Positions 1 through 9,279 of a DNA stretch of 64,000 nt are shown piece by piece. Location: NCBI GenBank assembly GCA_963729715.1, contig CAVSPA010000003.1, positions 125,682-189,681 on the forward strand, given 5' to 3'. The stretch is from an uncultured delta proteobacterium. Its GTDB lineage: Bacteria > Desulfobacterota > Syntrophia > Syntrophales > UBA2185. Made by a program: the position numbers and the translations under genes. A model generated the notes under the pieces. It did no database searches, was not told where the DNA came from, and saw only the letters and a list, made by a program, of their open reading frames with translations. Positions within the stretch are counted from its first letter, which is position 1; the number at the start of each line of letters is the position of its first letter.

Positions 1-181
1 ATGCGGTGAGCCGCTGTGGGATGCTCCTGAGTAAAGTTTCTTATTCCGGACAGTCGCCAAGAGGATTCCGGGAGCTCGAGCATCTTATCCCGTATTTAAC
101 TTTCAACGATCTTCCTAAAAATGATAAAAAAAATAGATTATCCAATAGTTAGATTCAATAAGGGTAAAATGGTCGTGAATT

Positions 182-225
182 GGTAGGAAATAGCTCCCAT
201 TCCTCTTCCATTTAATACTCATTGC
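182..225 (+). promoter_or_regulatory. 44-bp upstream motif, copy A (GGTAG-N7-CTCCC palindrome ending in a -35-like TTGC)
   Basis: Aligns without gaps to 867-910 and to the reverse complement of 16120-16163 (36/44 identical to the latter by hand count). Followed by TTGCTT-18-TACTTT. Confidence 0.65.
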
Positions 226-309
226 TTTCCCGCATGCACCGCGCTTACTTTATAGGGGACATATTGTATTTCCTATTCCTGAACGCAATCCTTGAAAATA
301 CGGAGGTCT

Positions 310-690
310 ATGATGAAGCGACAAGCTAGTCCCTCGATTCTTGCATGGAAGGCAGCCTTGATCTTGTTGACCCTTTACTGTCTGTATCCCCAGGTGTCTT
401 TTGCCACGTCGCCTTAGGACGTGAAACTTGCATACGACGCAGGCACGCAAATGCTGACAGTCACGATCACACACCCGTCTTCCTTTCCCAGTTATCACTA
501 TATAAAATATGTCGCAATCACGAAGAACGGAGCCGACGTGATGAAAAACACTTATGAAAGTCAGCCCGACACGGATACCTTTGCCTACACATTCAAAGTG
601 CCTGCCGCCGAAGGCGAAACGCTGGAGGTGACAGCCACGTGCAGTTTGTAAGGATACAAGACGGTGAATCTGACTGTCGGCAAAAAGTAG
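310..690 (+). pseudogene. Secreted desulfoferrodoxin/SOR-like beta-sandwich protein interrupted by TAG (415-417) and TAA (649-651)
   Basis: GGAGG RBS, ATG at 310, signal-peptide-like N-terminus ending VSFA, then HP...HYIK...CSL*G pattern. The frame continues past both stops to TAG at 688-690. Confidence 0.5.
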
Positions 691-866
691 CATACCGAGA
701 GCTTTCCGTCCAGAGATAAGGACGGACGTTATAAAGATCCCCTCTCTCCCCTTTGCAAAGTGGGATTTTCGGCGCGGCCCTTCTTCTGATTTCATTGAAG
801 ATGATATTTTCAAAATAACAGGCCGCAGCTATTTAATCCCAGGTCATTTTCCCATTCGTATCGACA

Positions 867-910
867 GGTAGCTTATACCTACCATTCTTCTTCTATTTTA
901 TCCTCATTGC
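867..910 (+). promoter_or_regulatory. 44-bp upstream motif, copy B
   Basis: GGTAG-CTTATAC-CTACC palindrome; 38/44 identical to copy C; followed by TTGCCT-17-TAGTTT. Confidence 0.65.
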
Positions 911-1025
911 CTTCCTTTGCTTGGCAAAGTAGTTTACAGAAATAAAATACTCATTCGCTCAATCCGGGCATGGATATACAGATCCGAGAGAAAAGGCCAG
1001 GTTATCCGCATTATATGTCTGACAA

Positions 1026-1223
1026 TTGAGGCGGGAATGCGAAGGGGGACTGCAAAAAGTCCGTGAGATAGTGAAGAAAAGGGGCATTGATATCAGGGTG
1101 GGCCGCAAGAAAGAGGACATGATCCGCGACTACCAGATGATCGAAGGCTATTCGCCGTGCTTCCATACGAAGGATTCATGCGCAGAGGATTGTATGTGGA
1201 AGGAAGACTGCCTTAACGTCTGA
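1026..1223 (+). CDS. Small SAP-like domain protein with C-terminal Cys cluster (start uncertain)
   Basis: KKEDMIRDYQMIEGYSPCF...C...CMWKEDCL pattern recalled from small deltaproteobacterial proteins. The RBS-preceded ATG at 1037 is out of frame by one base at a G run. Confidence 0.55.
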   Translation: MRRECEGGLQKVREIVKKRGIDIRVGRKKEDMIRDYQMIEGYSPCFHTKDSCAEDCMWKEDCLNV

Positions 1224-1313
1224 TGTGTCCGGATATCTTTTTCCGCCATTTGATATGACCGCTGCGCCGGCGGGAGTTGTATACACAAGGATGGATAAGG
1301 GGAGCCGGGATCG

Positions 1314-1472
1314 ATGGGCAATCTACACATTATATCAAGAAGTGGCCATCCCTTCTCCGATAGAAAAGAGGCGGGGGGCCTCCTCGGCGATGAACTGAAA
1401 AAACTGGGGCTCGAAAAAGCAAAACCGCTGGTGGTCGCGATTTTGCGCGGGGGAATGTTCAAGATTCCATAG
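1314..1472 (+). pseudogene. N-terminal fragment of a phosphoribosyltransferase-family gene
   Basis: Translates MGNLHIISRSGHPFSDRKEAGGLLGDEL...VVAILRGG then stops; same FxDRxEAG...RGG pattern as 4361-5005. Confidence 0.6.
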
Positions 1473-1979
1473 AGCGCTCAAGCAGAAGGATGAGAGAATC
1501 CTTTCGAGCTACGATCACGCAGCCATACGTATGCTATGCAAAAAGGCTGAGGGAAAACGCCCTGACTATGAAGAAGTTTTGAAAATGATGATAGGACAAT
1601 GTCTGTCGGAGGCGGAATTAAAGCAAAGTGATCCGGAGTCGTTCTGCTACAATCACTTTTATGCTTATAAATGCTGATCTCAACATATTTTAAAATAGAC
1701 CGTGGGCACGACTGAAGAGGCCTCTAACTCTTGAAATGACCGGGACGCCGCAGGGCACGCGGGCGGCACATAAGGGCCGGTCATATTTTGAGGTGCACGC
1801 GGAAAGAACAATCCTCTATCGCCAGTTCGTGTTGTTCTTCTCTCCTGTGGCGGAGGGTGCTGCCTCTTCACCCTCCGCCAGACACATTTCCCGGAGATTC
1901 TTTTCTGAATCGGAGAACTCTGATGGGCGCGGCCGGTTTGGAGATTACGAAGTGCGGCGCTCTTTGCGGAGGACCAGCC

Positions 1980-2216
1980 ATGAGATTTGTATTGATATTT
2001 TTTATTATTGCGCTTTTCTGTCAGGTCATCATTCATTTACCCGTCGAATCGCGGACAATATTCGGTCCGGTGCACTGGCAGTCGGAGCGTGAGAAGAAGG
2101 AATTTCATAGATTGCTCAAGAAACACGGGCAGCACAGACAGATATCCGTGATCTTTGATGACGGGTCAAAGACGTATTTCATCAACGACAAAGGCGAGAA
2201 GTGCCTCTTTAAGTAG
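1980..2216 (+). CDS. Small hypothetical exported protein (78 aa)
   Basis: GGAGG RBS before ATG 1980; hydrophobic N-terminal segment. Confidence 0.6.
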   Translation: MRFVLIFFIIALFCQVIIHLPVESRTIFGPVHWQSEREKKEFHRLLKKHGQHRQISVIFDDGSKTYFINDKGEKCLFK

Positions 2217-2300
2217 GATGGAAAAGGCTGGACAGAAAGCACGACCTTCTTATACATATTGGTATCTGACCTACATAGAAAGGCGAGAAGGATTGTGAAC

Positions 2301-2951
2301 ATGGCCAAGATGCGTCAAAAAGAAGTTCTCATCCCGGCAGGCAATCTGAACCTGGCGGGGATTTTCAGTCTTCCTCCCAAACCAACTGGCGTAATTGTCT
2401 TCGCCCATGGAAGCGGGAGCGGCCGTCTCAGCCCGCGCAATGCATTTGTTGCCGGGATATTGCAGGAGACCGGTTTCGCGACGCTTCTTTTTGATCTACT
2501 CGATCTCTCTGAAGAACTGGATCGCAGAAAGGTTTTTGACATCTCTCTTCTTGCCGAGCGCCTTCTTACGGGTGTGAGGTGGATGCAAACTGAAAGCGGA
2601 ATGCAGGGACTGAAGCTCGGCTACTTCGGAGCAAGCACCGGCGCGGCAGCCGCCCTCGAGGCCGCAGCTAAGGAGCCCAAAGGCATTGCCGCCATAGTGT
2701 CAAGGGGAGGGCGCCCCGACCTTGCCAGGGATTATCTTCCTAAGGTCAAGGTGCCGACCTTGCTAATCGTCGGAGGCAATGACAGGCCTGTCATTGCGAT
2801 GAACCGGGAAGCCTTTGAGAATCTCCAGTGCAAGAAAGACATCGTTGTCATACCGGGAGCGACCCATCTCTTTGAGGAGCCCGGCACCCTCGATGAGGTG
2901 GCCAAACTTGCTGCAAACTGGTTTCTCAAACACATGAGCCCCAAGAAATAG
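2301..2951 (+). CDS. Alpha/beta hydrolase (dienelactone hydrolase-like, type often linked to phosphoribosyltransferases)
   Basis: FAHGSGSGRLSPRN, GASTG nucleophile elbow, VSRGGRPDLA, GATHLFEE. Confidence 0.9.
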   Translation: MAKMRQKEVLIPAGNLNLAGIFSLPPKPTGVIVFAHGSGSGRLSPRNAFVAGILQETGFATLLFDLLDLSEELDRRKVFDISLLAERLLTGVRWMQTESGMQGLKLGYFGASTGAAAALEAAAKEPKGIAAIVSRGGRPDLARDYLPKVKVPTLLIVGGNDRPVIAMNREAFENLQCKKDIVVIPGATHLFEEPGTLDEVAKLAANWFLKHMSPKK

Positions 2952-2956
2952 TCCTC

Positions 2957-4198
2957 ATGCGTTTCCTTGCAGACCTTCACATCCATTCAAGATATTCCAT
3001 AGCGACGAGCACTGACCTGTCCCCCGAAACTATATGGAAATGGGCGCAGCTCAAAGGTATCACGGTCATCGGCACGGGGGATTTCACTCACCCGCTATGG
3101 CTGGCGGAATTAAGAAAGAAGCTGGAAAGAGCGGATAATGGACTATTCCGCCTGAAGAATAAATTCCACGGGCATGAAATTCCTGATGCATGTAAAGCCC
3201 CTGTATTCTTTCTTCTCTCCGCAGAGATAAGCTGCGTCTATAGAAAGGACGGGAAGACCAGGAAAGTACACTCCATCGTATTTGTCCGTGACTTTTCCGA
3301 TGCCGCAAAATTGACCAGGGTGCTGACAAAAATTGGGAGTCTCGCCTCGGACGGGAGACCCATCTTGAAGCTGTATGCAAAGGATCTCTTGAAAATAGTA
3401 CTGGATTCATCTGCTCATGCCATGCTTGTCCCTGCGCACGCGTGGACGCCGCATTTTTCCATATTCGGCGCGGCATCCGGATTTTCCTCTCTTGACGAAT
3501 GCTTTGAAGAATTGACGCCAAATATCTATGCTATTGAAACAGGACTCTCCTCAGACCCGGCCATGAATTGGCGGCTCTCATCCCTTACCAGGATAACCTT
3601 GATATCCAATTCCGATGCACATTCTCCATACACCATCGGCCGTGAAGCAAGCATATTTGACTGCGAAGTCTCATATGCGGCGATTACGGATGCCATAAAA
3701 TCTAAAAAAGGTCTTGTCGCTACAATCGAATTCTTCCCGCAGGAGGGGAAATATTATTACGACGGCCACCGCTCCTGCGCCGTAAGCATGAATCCGGCAG
3801 AAACGATCCGGCATAAGTATTTGTGTCCTGTGTGCGGCAGGAAATTAACCATGGGCGTCATGCATAGAATTGAACAGCTCGCGGACAGAAGGATGGGATT
3901 CAAGCCAAGAGGTGCACCGCCTTTTTATTCCGTAATCCCTCTCCGGGAGATTATTGCAGAAGTACTCCAGCGGGGCGTAAAAACGAAAACAGTCGATAAC
4001 GAATATATGAGATTGCTCAAGGAACTGGGCAACGAAATGAGCATCCTCATAACGGTACCTCTGAAAGATATAGGGCGTGCCGGTTCGCCCCGTCTTGCGG
4101 AGGCCGTCTCACGCATGCAGAGGGGAGATATCAATATCATGCCCGGTTTCGACGGCGAATACGGGAAGGTGAAAATCTTTGACAAAGCTGACAGGTGA
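2957..4198 (+). CDS. Endonuclease Q family protein (PHP domain plus zinc ribbon)
   Basis: ADLHIHSRYS, GTGDFTHP, PAHAWTP, ETGLSSD, SNSDAHS, CPVCG, PGFDGEYG. Confidence 0.9.
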   Translation: MRFLADLHIHSRYSIATSTDLSPETIWKWAQLKGITVIGTGDFTHPLWLAELRKKLERADNGLFRLKNKFHGHEIPDACKAPVFFLLSAEISCVYRKDGKTRKVHSIVFVRDFSDAAKLTRVLTKIGSLASDGRPILKLYAKDLLKIVLDSSAHAMLVPAHAWTPHFSIFGAASGFSSLDECFEELTPNIYAIETGLSSDPAMNWRLSSLTRITLISNSDAHSPYTIGREASIFDCEVSYAAITDAIKSKKGLVATIEFFPQEGKYYYDGHRSCAVSMNPAETIRHKYLCPVCGRKLTMGVMHRIEQLADRRMGFKPRGAPPFYSVIPLREIIAEVLQRGVKTKTVDNEYMRLLKELGNEMSILITVPLKDIGRAGSPRLAEAVSRMQRGDINIMPGFDGEYGKVKIFDKADR

Positions 4199-4213
4199 GC
4201 CGGGAAGCTATTG

Positions 4214-4281
4214 CTGGACTCCCGCCTATGAGGGAGTGACATAATCCTCTTTCTTGTCATTTCGAGTGGAATGAGAAATCT
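4214..4281. repeat. Two REP-like palindromic units
   Basis: CTGGACTCCCGCCTATGAGGGAGTGAC and GTCATTTCGAGTGGAATGAGAAATCT resemble common GTCA-type REP units; located just after a stop codon. Confidence 0.45.
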
Positions 4282-4360
4282 TGTTGATCATTCAATCAGA
4301 AAGGTTATTTTGTTGCTATAATATAGTGCATGAAGATGGGAGTCGTCAGAGGTATCCGCC

Positions 4361-5005
4361 ATGGTCCTATTTAAGAACAGATTAGATGCCGGGACGAAAC
4401 TTGCGGAAAAAATTCATCTCGGAAAGGACGATAAGAATCTCATTGTCCTCGGCATACCGAGAGGCGGGATCTCCGTCGGCTACCCTATGGCCCTCAAGTT
4501 GAATTGTCCTTTGGAGCCGATAACGCTCCGCAAGCTTCCCATACCGCAGAATGACCAGATGGGCTTCGGCGCCGTCACCCTGAACAGGAAGGTCATGCTG
4601 AATAAAAGATTGATTGACGTCGGCTACGTTTCGAAGAATGAAATCGAGGAAATTGTGGACGAGGTATACGAAGAGGTGCTGCGGAGAGACAGATTATACC
4701 GCGGTTCAAAGCCATTCCCCGACCTGCAAGGCCGAACCGTTATCATCGTTGACGACGGGCTTGCCACGGGATTTACCATGCTTGCCGCCATAAGCTTCGC
4801 AAAGGAAAACCATGCCCTTAAAATCATATGCGCAGTTCCTGTCGCCCATGACGATGCCTACAATCTGGTGAGTCAGGAGGCCGATTCCATCATATGCCTC
4901 CACATCTACAGGGGATACTCCTTTGCCGTCGCCTCTTTTTACCAGAGTTTCTCTGATATGGAGGATAGAGAGGTCATATCGCTATTGAAAAAGATTCACA
5001 CTTAA
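4361..5005 (+). CDS. Phosphoribosyltransferase family protein
   Basis: LGIPRGG and PRPP-binding VIIVDDGLATGFTM; AVPV and FAVASFY motifs. Confidence 0.9.
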   Translation: MVLFKNRLDAGTKLAEKIHLGKDDKNLIVLGIPRGGISVGYPMALKLNCPLEPITLRKLPIPQNDQMGFGAVTLNRKVMLNKRLIDVGYVSKNEIEEIVDEVYEEVLRRDRLYRGSKPFPDLQGRTVIIVDDGLATGFTMLAAISFAKENHALKIICAVPVAHDDAYNLVSQEADSIICLHIYRGYSFAVASFYQSFSDMEDREVISLLKKIHT

Positions 5006-5120
5006 ACCAAGCATCCACAATACGATTTTTACTTGACCTGCAAAAACCACATCTCTATACTTGGCGCGCCTCAAAGACTTGATCCGCGCGATGGCAAGGC
5101 ATATAAGAATTTCATGAGAA

Positions 5121-6146
5121 GTGGTTTGGAACATGTTTAAATCAAGAGGAACAAAAGAAGCCCTGATCTTAATTGCCCTTTCCGCGATTACCCTTTTCTT
5201 CCCGTGCTGCCAGAAAGGGAGCGGGGGAAAATATGCCGGGCCCGTCGAAAAGATCACCTTGGGTGCGGTGGCTGTAGAAAGCTCATCTCTTATGTACATC
5301 GCTGACGCACTTGGTATGTTCAAGGCCCACGGACTTGATGTGACGGTCATAGATTTCCCCGATGGCGTAAAGGCGTCAGACGATCTTCTGAAAGACAGGC
5401 TTGATGTAGCAGCGGTATCGGACTTTGTATTTGTCACCAAGAGTTTCATGCGGAATGATCTCAGGATATTTGGATCTATCTTCCGTGGGGACACGTTTGA
5501 AGTCATCGCGAGGAAAGACCACGGGATCACTAAACCCGCCCATTTAAAAGGCAGACGGATCGGACTCACGCGCGGTACCGTTCTGGATTTCTTCATGGAG
5601 ACGTTCCTTTCCCTGCATGGTATCGCCCCAGGAAGTGTCAGGCTCGTGGACCTGAAGCCTTCTGAAATCCCGGCTGCCATCTCTTCCGGCGCTGTGGATG
5701 CTGTTTATGCATGGGAGCCTTATGCCGGACAGATTAAGAAAAGTCTCGGCCCGAATGCAGTAAACTGGCCAGGACAAAGCGGTCAGAGTTATCAATTCGT
5801 GCTGATTGCCAAAGAGGAATTCATCAAAGAACGGCAGATTGCGGTTGAACACCTCCTCAATGCCCTGTTGGAGGCGGAAAAATATTCCTCGGAGCACACT
5901 GCGGATGCCCAAAACATCATTGCCTCGCGACGGGGCTACGATCGTGCCTTGTTGCAATCAGTATGGAAACGGAGTGATTTCCGGGTAAGACTCGACCAGG
6001 ATCTCGTGATCCTGATGGAAGACGAAGCAACGTGGGCCATGCGCCGCAGACTGACAGGAAAAATGGAAATGCCGAATTATCTTCGTTTCATACATTGGGA
6101 AAACCTTGCGCGGATAAAGCCGGAGGCAGTTAGAATCATCCATTGA
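5121..6146 (+). CDS. Substrate-binding protein, SsuA/NMT1-like
   Basis: N-terminal anchor; LKGRRIG...GT and GAVDAVYAWEPY motifs. Confidence 0.85.
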   Translation: MVWNMFKSRGTKEALILIALSAITLFFPCCQKGSGGKYAGPVEKITLGAVAVESSSLMYIADALGMFKAHGLDVTVIDFPDGVKASDDLLKDRLDVAAVSDFVFVTKSFMRNDLRIFGSIFRGDTFEVIARKDHGITKPAHLKGRRIGLTRGTVLDFFMETFLSLHGIAPGSVRLVDLKPSEIPAAISSGAVDAVYAWEPYAGQIKKSLGPNAVNWPGQSGQSYQFVLIAKEEFIKERQIAVEHLLNALLEAEKYSSEHTADAQNIIASRRGYDRALLQSVWKRSDFRVRLDQDLVILMEDEATWAMRRRLTGKMEMPNYLRFIHWENLARIKPEAVRIIH

Positions 6147-6153
6147 GGGTATC

Positions 6154-8787
6154 ATGTCTATAAGAACCAAACTTTTGATCAATGTTCTCCTGATGGTAGT
6201 TTCTTTTCTTGTCATTGCATTCGTCCTCAACATTGCGAGAAATGGAATAGCCGACTCTGTCAGGAGAGCCGACTTCGCCGACCAGGTCGCCATCGGCGTC
6301 TCCGACATGAACACCATCACATACGACTACTTGATGAGGCCGGGTGAACGCGCCCGGCAGCAATGGCAAATGAAGCATGCCTCGCTTGATGATCTCATGA
6401 AAGGCGCAAATTTCAAGAGAAAAGAGGTGATGGTGATCCTGCAGAGGATCATGAAGAGCCATGAAGAGACGGCCCTGTTTTTTAAACAGCTCGTTGAAAA
6501 CAGCGAGAAAAAGAAACACGCCTCCGCCTCCCTACGGGCTTTTCTCGATGAAAATGATAAAAGGAACGTGACGCAGCTCATGGCCAGGTCTCAGATCATG
6601 GCCAGTGAATCGCACTTGTTTGCCCGGGAAGGCGAAGTTACAATTCAAAAAGCGCTTACACGGTCTGTCTGGTTTATCACCGTTACGCTTATCATAATGA
6701 TAGTGATTTCAGGCGCCATATCCTATTTCCTGAGCGGGAATATAACGGCATCTATCAAGACCCTCAAAAACGGAACGGAGATAATTGCCCGGGGCGATCT
6801 CGAATGCAGGGTGCCCATAAGAGGCCGGGATGAGATTGCGTCACTGTCCCTTTCATTCAATGAGATGGCAGGGAAACTGAAGAACGCCAATGCAAGTCTG
6901 CGGGCGGAGATAGAGGAAAGGGAAAAGGCCAGGGAAGCGCTCCGCATCGCCAGTCTTTATATGCGCAGCCTCATTGAGGTGAGCCTGGACCCGCTGGTTA
7001 CGATCAGCGCCGAAGGCAGGGTGATGGATGTGAACAAAGCCACGGAGGATGTTACCGGCGTGCCTCGTGAGAAACTCATCGGCAGTGATTTCTCCGACTA
7101 TTTCACCGAGCCCGAGAAGGCGCGGGAAGGATACAATAGGGTTTTCTCTCAGGGGTTTGTTAAAGACTATCCCCTCGCCATCCGCCATATGTCGGGCCGA
7201 ATAACAGAGGTTCTTTACAACGCCGCAACTTATGCGGACTATAAGGGAGAAGTGCAGGGGGTTTTCGCGGCAGCCCGGGACGTAACGAAACTCAGGGCGG
7301 CACAAAAGGCATTACAGAAATCATACGATGAATTAGAACGGCGGGTCGAGGGAAGAACGGCCGAGCTTCGGGAAAGCGAGGAACGCCTGACGCATGCGCT
7401 CGAAGCAGGTGAGCTCGGCATATGGGGACTCGACACGAAAACAGGAAAGGCCTGGCGTTCGCTCCGCCACGATCAGATCTTCGGTTACGATACAATTCTC
7501 CCTGAGTGGACATATCAGATGTTCCCCGAACATGTGGTAGCGGAAGATCGCAATGAAGTAAACGAGAAGTTCGGGTATGCGATATCGAGAGGCGCGGAAT
7601 GGAATTTTGAGTGCCGCATCCGCAGGACCGATGGGGACGTCCGCTGGATATGGGCGCAGGGAATGCCCAGGCTGAACGAACGGAATGAAGTCGTTTCCAT
7701 GGTCGGCCTCGTGAGGGATATTACCGGCCGCAAGCAGGCGGAAGCGGAAACGGAACGCTTGGCAACGTTTCCCAGGCTGAACCCGAGTCCTATAGTAGAG
7801 ACGGATATGGCGGGCAGTATCCAGTTTCTCAATCCTGCCGCCGAACGATTGTTCCCCAATATCCGTGAGCGCGGGCTCGCACATCCGTGGCTTGCACATT
7901 GGGAGGCGCTGGTGCGCGCCTGCCGTGAGGGAGGAGTGGAATGCGGCGAGTGTGAAGTGACCGCAGAAGGAAGATGGTACCTGCAAACGATACATTTTGT
8001 AAAAGATGTTGAACGCATCCGCATATACGGACTGGACATTACCGAGCGCCGATTGGCAGAAATGGAACTCAAGGAACGGACAGTTCAGCTCGAAGCGGCC
8101 AACAAGGAACTGGAGGGTTTCAGCTACTCGGTCTCCCACGACCTTCGGGCGCCACTGCGGGCCATAGACGGCTTCTCCATAAGACTCATACGGGACTTTG
8201 AAGGCAAGCTTGAAGAAGACGGCGTGAGAAAGCTTCATGCCATAAGCAGGAACGTCCAGCAGATGGGCCAGCTCATTGATGATCTTCTTTCTTTTTCAAG
8301 ATTGAGCCGTAAGGAAATGCATATGTCCCGGGTAAATATGGAAGCAATGGCGCACGATGTATGGAGCGAGATCAAAGAATTAAACCCGAACCGCGAGCTT
8401 GACGTCAAGATCGTCAATATGATACCTGTCTTTGGCGACGCCTCCCTCATCAGACAGGTCGTAGTCAATCTTCTTTCCAATGCCGTCAAGTTTACAAGGG
8501 GCAGAAAACCTGCTGCGATTGAAATAGGCAGTCGCAACGAGGGGAGTGAAATAACTTATTACGTGAAGGATAACGGTGCGGGTTTCGACATGAGATATTC
8601 CGACAAGCTCTTTGGCGTCTTCGAACGGCTGCATCGGCCGGACGAGTTTGAGGGAACGGGTGTTGGGCTCGCCATCGTCCAGCGCATTATTCACCGCCAC
8701 GGCGGCCGGGTTTGGGCGGAAGGCAAAGTGAACGGGGGAGCAACAATTTATTTTACCATTGCCGGAAAGGAGAAAACAATTGCTTGA
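6154..8787 (+). CDS. Membrane sensor histidine kinase (HAMP, several PAS, HisKA, HATPase)
   Basis: Two TM segments, HAMP (DEIASL...FNEM), PAS repeats, SVSHDLRAPL H-box, NLLSNAVKF, DNGAGF, GTGVGL. Confidence 0.95.
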   Translation: MSIRTKLLINVLLMVVSFLVIAFVLNIARNGIADSVRRADFADQVAIGVSDMNTITYDYLMRPGERARQQWQMKHASLDDLMKGANFKRKEVMVILQRIMKSHEETALFFKQLVENSEKKKHASASLRAFLDENDKRNVTQLMARSQIMASESHLFAREGEVTIQKALTRSVWFITVTLIIMIVISGAISYFLSGNITASIKTLKNGTEIIARGDLECRVPIRGRDEIASLSLSFNEMAGKLKNANASLRAEIEEREKAREALRIASLYMRSLIEVSLDPLVTISAEGRVMDVNKATEDVTGVPREKLIGSDFSDYFTEPEKAREGYNRVFSQGFVKDYPLAIRHMSGRITEVLYNAATYADYKGEVQGVFAAARDVTKLRAAQKALQKSYDELERRVEGRTAELRESEERLTHALEAGELGIWGLDTKTGKAWRSLRHDQIFGYDTILPEWTYQMFPEHVVAEDRNEVNEKFGYAISRGAEWNFECRIRRTDGDVRWIWAQGMPRLNERNEVVSMVGLVRDITGRKQAEAETERLATFPRLNPSPIVETDMAGSIQFLNPAAERLFPNIRERGLAHPWLAHWEALVRACREGGVECGECEVTAEGRWYLQTIHFVKDVERIRIYGLDITERRLAEMELKERTVQLEAANKELEGFSYSVSHDLRAPLRAIDGFSIRLIRDFEGKLEEDGVRKLHAISRNVQQMGQLIDDLLSFSRLSRKEMHMSRVNMEAMAHDVWSEIKELNPNRELDVKIVNMIPVFGDASLIRQVVVNLLSNAVKFTRGRKPAAIEIGSRNEGSEITYYVKDNGAGFDMRYSDKLFGVFERLHRPDEFEGTGVGLAIVQRIIHRHGGRVWAEGKVNGGATIYFTIAGKEKTIA

Positions 8788-9220
8788 CGATATAATCGAT
8801 GTCTTACTCATAGAGGATAACTCTGACGATGTGGATCTGACCCTTGACGCGCTTAATGTGCATAAACTTGCCAACCGCGTTAAGGTATTGCGGGACGGTG
8901 CGGAGGCGCTTGATTATATATTCTGCACAGGGCAGTTTGCGGACCGGGACATTTGCGTCGGTCCGAAGGTGATTCTCCTTGACCTCAAGCTTCCGAAGGT
9001 CGACGGCATTGAGGTCTTGCGCAGAATCAGGTCTGATGAGCGGACAAAGACACTGCCCGTCGTCGTTCTCACTTCTTCTAACGAACAGAAGGACCGGGTC
9101 GACAGTTACGAACTCGGGGTGAACAGTTATATCGTGAAACCAGTTGAATTTGAAAATTTTGCACGTGCGGTGGCCGACATAGGATTCTACTGGGTCTTGC
9201 TGAACAAAGTGCCTTTCTGA
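8780..9220 (+). CDS. Single-domain response regulator (Rcp1-like)
   Basis: LLIEDN, ILLDLKLPKVDG, LTSS, YIVKP; TTG start after AGGAG, overlapping the kinase stop. Confidence 0.92.
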   Translation: MLDDIIDVLLIEDNSDDVDLTLDALNVHKLANRVKVLRDGAEALDYIFCTGQFADRDICVGPKVILLDLKLPKVDGIEVLRRIRSDERTKTLPVVVLTSSNEQKDRVDSYELGVNSYIVKPVEFENFARAVADIGFYWVLLNKVPF

Positions 9221-9279
9221 GCTTTATCGGAATTCCCATTGCGGGCGAAGAGAAGCAACCCCATGCGTCGCAAACAGTC

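Noticed and set aside
1-34. Possible 3' end of a gene (CGEPLWDAPE*)
   Set aside because: Only ten codons are visible, too little to support a call.
250-813. 187-aa minus-strand ORF
   Set aside because: Antisense to the better-supported 310-690 gene; no recognisable motifs.
7333-8238. Long antisense ORFs over the kinases, glgA and nifU (also 15327-16133, 18446-19234, 42689-43405)
   Set aside because: Shadow frames of clearly identified genes; no RBS or domain signal.
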